A stretch of 64,000 nucleotides of DNA. Source: Torpedo marmorata. Taxonomy: Eukaryota. The translations under genes were made by a program, and so were the position numbers. A model generated the notes under the pieces. The model was not told where the DNA came from. It saw only the letters and a program-made list of their open reading frames with translations, and searched no databases. Positions within the stretch are counted from its first letter, which is position 1, and each line of letters starts with the position of its first letter. The DNA lies in the NCBI GenBank assembly GCA_977017645.1, contig OZ360224.1:177940001-178004000 (forward strand), written 5' to 3'. Below are positions 60,313 through 64,000 of this stretch, one piece after another.

Positions 60313-60910
60313 CACATTTAAAATAAAAAGTATAATTAACATCAATGGGTGACTAATAGTCGATGCGGATTCAATGGGCCAAAGGGGCTGTTCCCAAGGG
60401 AATCTCTCTGTGTTTCTATGACTTTGGAATACTCTACCCTGGACTCTGTGGAGTCTTAGCCCATAGAGAATAGATATTGAACAATCAAAGGAATTAGGCT
60501 GAAAAATGGGGCAGAGGTACATAACACCAATCTTGATTAATGTTGGATTAGCCTGCAAAGGCCAGATGGCCTTCGATTTCTAATGTCCCAGTGAAAACGT
60601 CACGGCTGACCATTCAGTGGAAGTCAAGCTTGCTTTGTGATCATTTGATTTTGCACCATTGAAAGAATCAAACTGAACCAAATCATCTCCCATGTAAAAT
60701 ATCATTTGATGTCCATGAGATGTACAGAAAAATTGTTTGAAGTTAAAGTTACCTCTTGATGAAGAAAATGCGACTGAGTGCGTGGGAAAACAATGTCATT
60801 GTAAATTGGGTGTGCTGGTGTGACCCTGTTGGCTGAGCTATCATGCAAAGGAAAAATGCAATAAAAAAGGAAATTAAAGCCAGATGGTAAAAGTTTTATT
60901 TTACAGTTAC

Positions 60911-61364
60911 CTGCATATCTTCCACCCAGCTCAACAGGTCCTGCAGGAAATTCATGTTGACCTCCTCTTCTGTTAGGGATTGGTCAACAAATTGTGATCG
61001 CATTAATGGCTTTCTGATTTGCAACAGCTTCACTGTCCGAAGAGCGTCAGTGTCCATCATGGGGACAAAACCTTGAATGAACCCATGTGCCAGGACAGGT
61101 TTTAAACCGGAAGACAACGTCGCTGGCAAGTTGGGTGTGAGAACTCGAGTTGTTCCATGAGTCATGTTTGACGTCCGAGATAAAGTTGGGGTCAAGGATG
61201 GTGTCAAACTCTGGGAGAAATCGGAGGAGAAGCTCTGATTCAGGCTCTGAGTCAACCCAGCCATCATTAACTGGGTCTGATTTGTTGAAGAGGAACGTCC
61301 TTTACTATACACCGATGAATATTCAGACTTCAGCATCATCAGCTCATCACGGAGTTTTGCAACC
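60911..61364 (-). CDS. DST: Dystonin exon with Ser/Thr-rich insert (VAKLRDEL...SSVYSKGR...QIRKPL...QDLLSWVEDMQ)
   Basis: 454 nt, aag|G...CAG|gtaac; the QSLTPSLT insert is typical of DST. Confidence 0.95.
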
Positions 61365-62548
61365 CTTCAGGGAGAAAAATCACAGCAGAATGTGGAGTGA
61401 GCATCATTGAGGAAAGTACTGCAAATTTCACAAAGGTGCTATCGATAATAGTTTACTGTGAAATGTCGACAAGTGGCAGACAATGGACAAAAGTTGGGCA
61501 AGTCAAGCAGGCTGTGATAGGTATTGAAGGTAAGGTTCGATAGATGCCCCTCAAACCTGTTCAATGAGCAGCTGAGATGAGCAGACCAGGTTCTCCTTGT
61601 CTCCCAAGTTACTGGTGCTAAGTAAGGATTGAGCTCTGCAACTGGCATGAGGGGACTGATAAGACGAGGGGGATGCAATCAGGGCTTTTGCACCTTTAAC
61701 CCCAGCCAGCAACCAAACCATTTGACACTCCTGATAAGGTTTAAAGTATCCACAGCTCCTCCCCAGGTTACTAACGCACGACCTACGGACTGCTCCATAC
61801 ATACGAGGGAGCCTGTGGGAGACCGGATCGATGAACGGGGACCGATTTGCAGGCTGCTGCGGGGATGCCAGCATTCTTTGCCAGAGGGAACGCGACATTT
61901 CCACATTGCTTCTCCCTCCACCGAAAGTCGCAACAATCCGGGGTTGGGCCAAGCTGAGCTGAGAGCTCTGAGCAGAGTCAGTGAGGCCAGCTGGAGGGTG
62001 TTCTTCCTGTGGCTGCCCACTCTCCCCTCACAGCTGGTTCTGTGATCCTCTCCAAAACACACTGCTTTGTTAATTTCCGACTTAAAGGACAGTTCAAGTT
62101 ATGAACAGTTCTTAGGAACAGAACCCTGTTGTAATCTGGGTCTGCATTTACATTGGGACCTCCTGAACTCATGAAGGGTGCCAAAGACATGGTTCAGGAT
62201 GCTGAACCATCACCAAATAGGAGATGAAGGAAGAAAATAAATCATATTTTGTTTAAAATAAAACTATATATTAAGTTAGATGAAATAAAAACGCGATAAA
62301 ATTTTTTTTAAAACACATTTTTTCTTGTACCAACTGCAACTGGGAATCTATCCTTTGATATTTATCTCTTTTTCAGTCTTGGCATTTGTTGTCATTTAAA
62401 TTTTCACTCTTGCAGTTGTGTGTCTTACGTACCTGTGTGGCTGTAGCAAGTCAGAATTTCAGTGCCTCTGTACATTGTACTTATGTATATGACAATAAAC
62501 TCACATTGAACATTAAGATTTTTTTTTAAACTTCCACAAAACAAAATA

Positions 62549-63280
62549 CAGTAAAATCCCCATTATCTGGCAATCAACCAGAAACTCAAACAACTGGCAA
62601 AAAAACCCACAGAGGAAATAAATAAATAAATAAATTGGAATAAATAAATTTTAAATAAAAGTTTAAATAAAAGTTTAAAATTGTAAAAGTAAATGTTCTC
62701 CGAAGCAACACACAACCCCTTGGGAGCAAACATTCAGCCAGCGGAGCGCTCCGGTCGTGCCCCGCCCGCAGCAGCTGTTTGAATAAACTTCAATAAAGTT
62801 GTGTTTGAATAAAATGGCAGCGCCCAGGATGAAAAGCCGGCCGATGCCGCTCGCCGCTGGGGCGACTCTCCCAAAGTGTCTCCCTATCCCTGCCTGGTAA
62901 GAGTCTTTATCTTTATTAGTATTAAGTATATTAGTAAGGTTTTATCTATAACTTGGGGAAGGGACTTAATTATGACGGCGGCACGGTTAGTGTAGTGGTT
63001 AGCGCAACACTGTTACAGCGCCAGTGACCAGGGTTCGAATTTAAATTTTGTAAGTTACGGGAATTACCTGATTAAAGTGAACTTTACAAAATTAAAGACT
63101 ACAATACTGATTTTTTTTCAAATTACTTTACATTTTGCACTGTCTTTTGTCTTTCAAACGGTGCATTCTTAATGCAGGTGTATTAGTTAGGTATTGTAAG
63201 AGTGAGCCTCAGTCAACCGGAAAATCCGTATTTCCGGCACCCGCGATCTCCGTAAGTGCCGGATAATGGGGATTTTACCA
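62549..63280. mobile_element. Longer Tigger/pogo-like non-autonomous transposon (732 bp) carrying a V-SINE head
   Basis: TIRs CAGTAAAATCCCCATTATCTGGCA / TGCCGGATAATGGGGATTTTACCA flanked by TA; SINE head at about 62975-63042. Confidence 0.75.
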
Positions 63281-63382
63281 TATAACCTTTGAAATTGCCA
63301 TTTTTATGACTCAATTCAAGATAAAACAAAATGAAATTCCAGGATTGTTTCATGGTGTTGCCAATGTGACTCAGGGACTCAC

Positions 63383-63537
63383 CTTTGGATAAGCTGGTCT
63401 GCCTGATAATACTTTCCATCGATAAGAATCTGGATATCAATAATCTGTTGCCGGGTGAGATTCTCAGCTTCCAAAAGGTATCCTGCAACCTCAGTTTCAT
63501 TTTGAAACTGAAGTCCTGATTCCAGTCGTTTTGCATC
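63383..63537 (-). CDS. DST: Dystonin exon ([23 protein letters not shown]...[13 protein letters not shown])
   Basis: 155 nt; resembles human [20 protein letters not shown]...[13 protein letters not shown]. Confidence 0.96.
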
Positions 63538-64000
63538 CTGAAACGAGTTGTGCAATTTTTTTAACGTAGAAATCCCCAGCTCTGCAGTGCAGCCCCAAAA
63601 CATCACACCGAAAACCATTCAATTTCAAGCTGTCTGTTCACACAACAAAAATACACAGAGCAATTCCACAGAGCGTGACTTACGAGTTGGAGTGAATTTT
63701 GCGCCAGTATCAGTTTATCTTCGCAAGCCACACTGTCACTGTGAAGCCTGGAGGCAATCTGCTGCAACATTTCCAGTCTGCAGAGGAATTAATAATAAAA
63801 AAATAAAAATCCAGGCCCATTATAAACCTCTTCCGATTTTAATCAATTTGACTTCACTTGAAATAAAATTGTAGAGAGCCGGGCAACACTTTGCTGAAAG
63901 TTGGAACGATCCCTTGAGTTTCATTAATATTTAGTAATTCTTTATAAACCACATTTGGTCATCTTCCGCTGACAGAGCCCTGCTTATTTTATAGAGGCTA

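Noticed and set aside
61439-62190. Cluster of overlapping 70-138 aa ORFs as a possible alternative first exon
   Set aside because: No homology or convincing in-phase donor; the BPAG1e first exon is expected upstream of 63537, outside the window
1-63537. Calling the gene MACF1 or plectin
   Set aside because: Plakin exons ([37 protein letters not shown]), the Ser/Thr insert and the BP230-type cassette match DST; only the second plectin-repeat cluster is MACF1-like

Overview
Vertebrate genomic DNA, most likely a cartilaginous fish (shark or ray), judged from the HE1/V-SINE, CR1, Rex1/Babar, Penelope and L1 repeats. The whole window lies inside one minus-strand gene, the spectraplakin dystonin (DST/BPAG1); both gene ends are outside the window. 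I reconstructed 26 coding exons by hand, all with GT-AG boundaries and compatible phases. They are: 20 shared plakin-domain exons (63537 down to 38595); two BPAG1e/BP230-type exons (coiled-coil rod 31488-29179 and terminal plectin-repeat exon 25744-23657 with its own stop); three small a/b-isoform exons (20264, 13250, 7521); and a giant BPAG1b-type exon that starts at 6697 and is still open at base 1, which the ORF track does not list. The most notable observations are: (i) the giant exon carries a second plectin-repeat cluster that matches MACF1b rather than mammalian DST; (ii) an intact epithelial BP230 cassette; (iii) a candidate unannotated exon at 6867-6960 amid RBFOX/QKI motifs; and (iv) young nested mobile elements with readable target-site duplications. 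Homology calls come from recalled human DST and MACF1 sequences, not from database searches.
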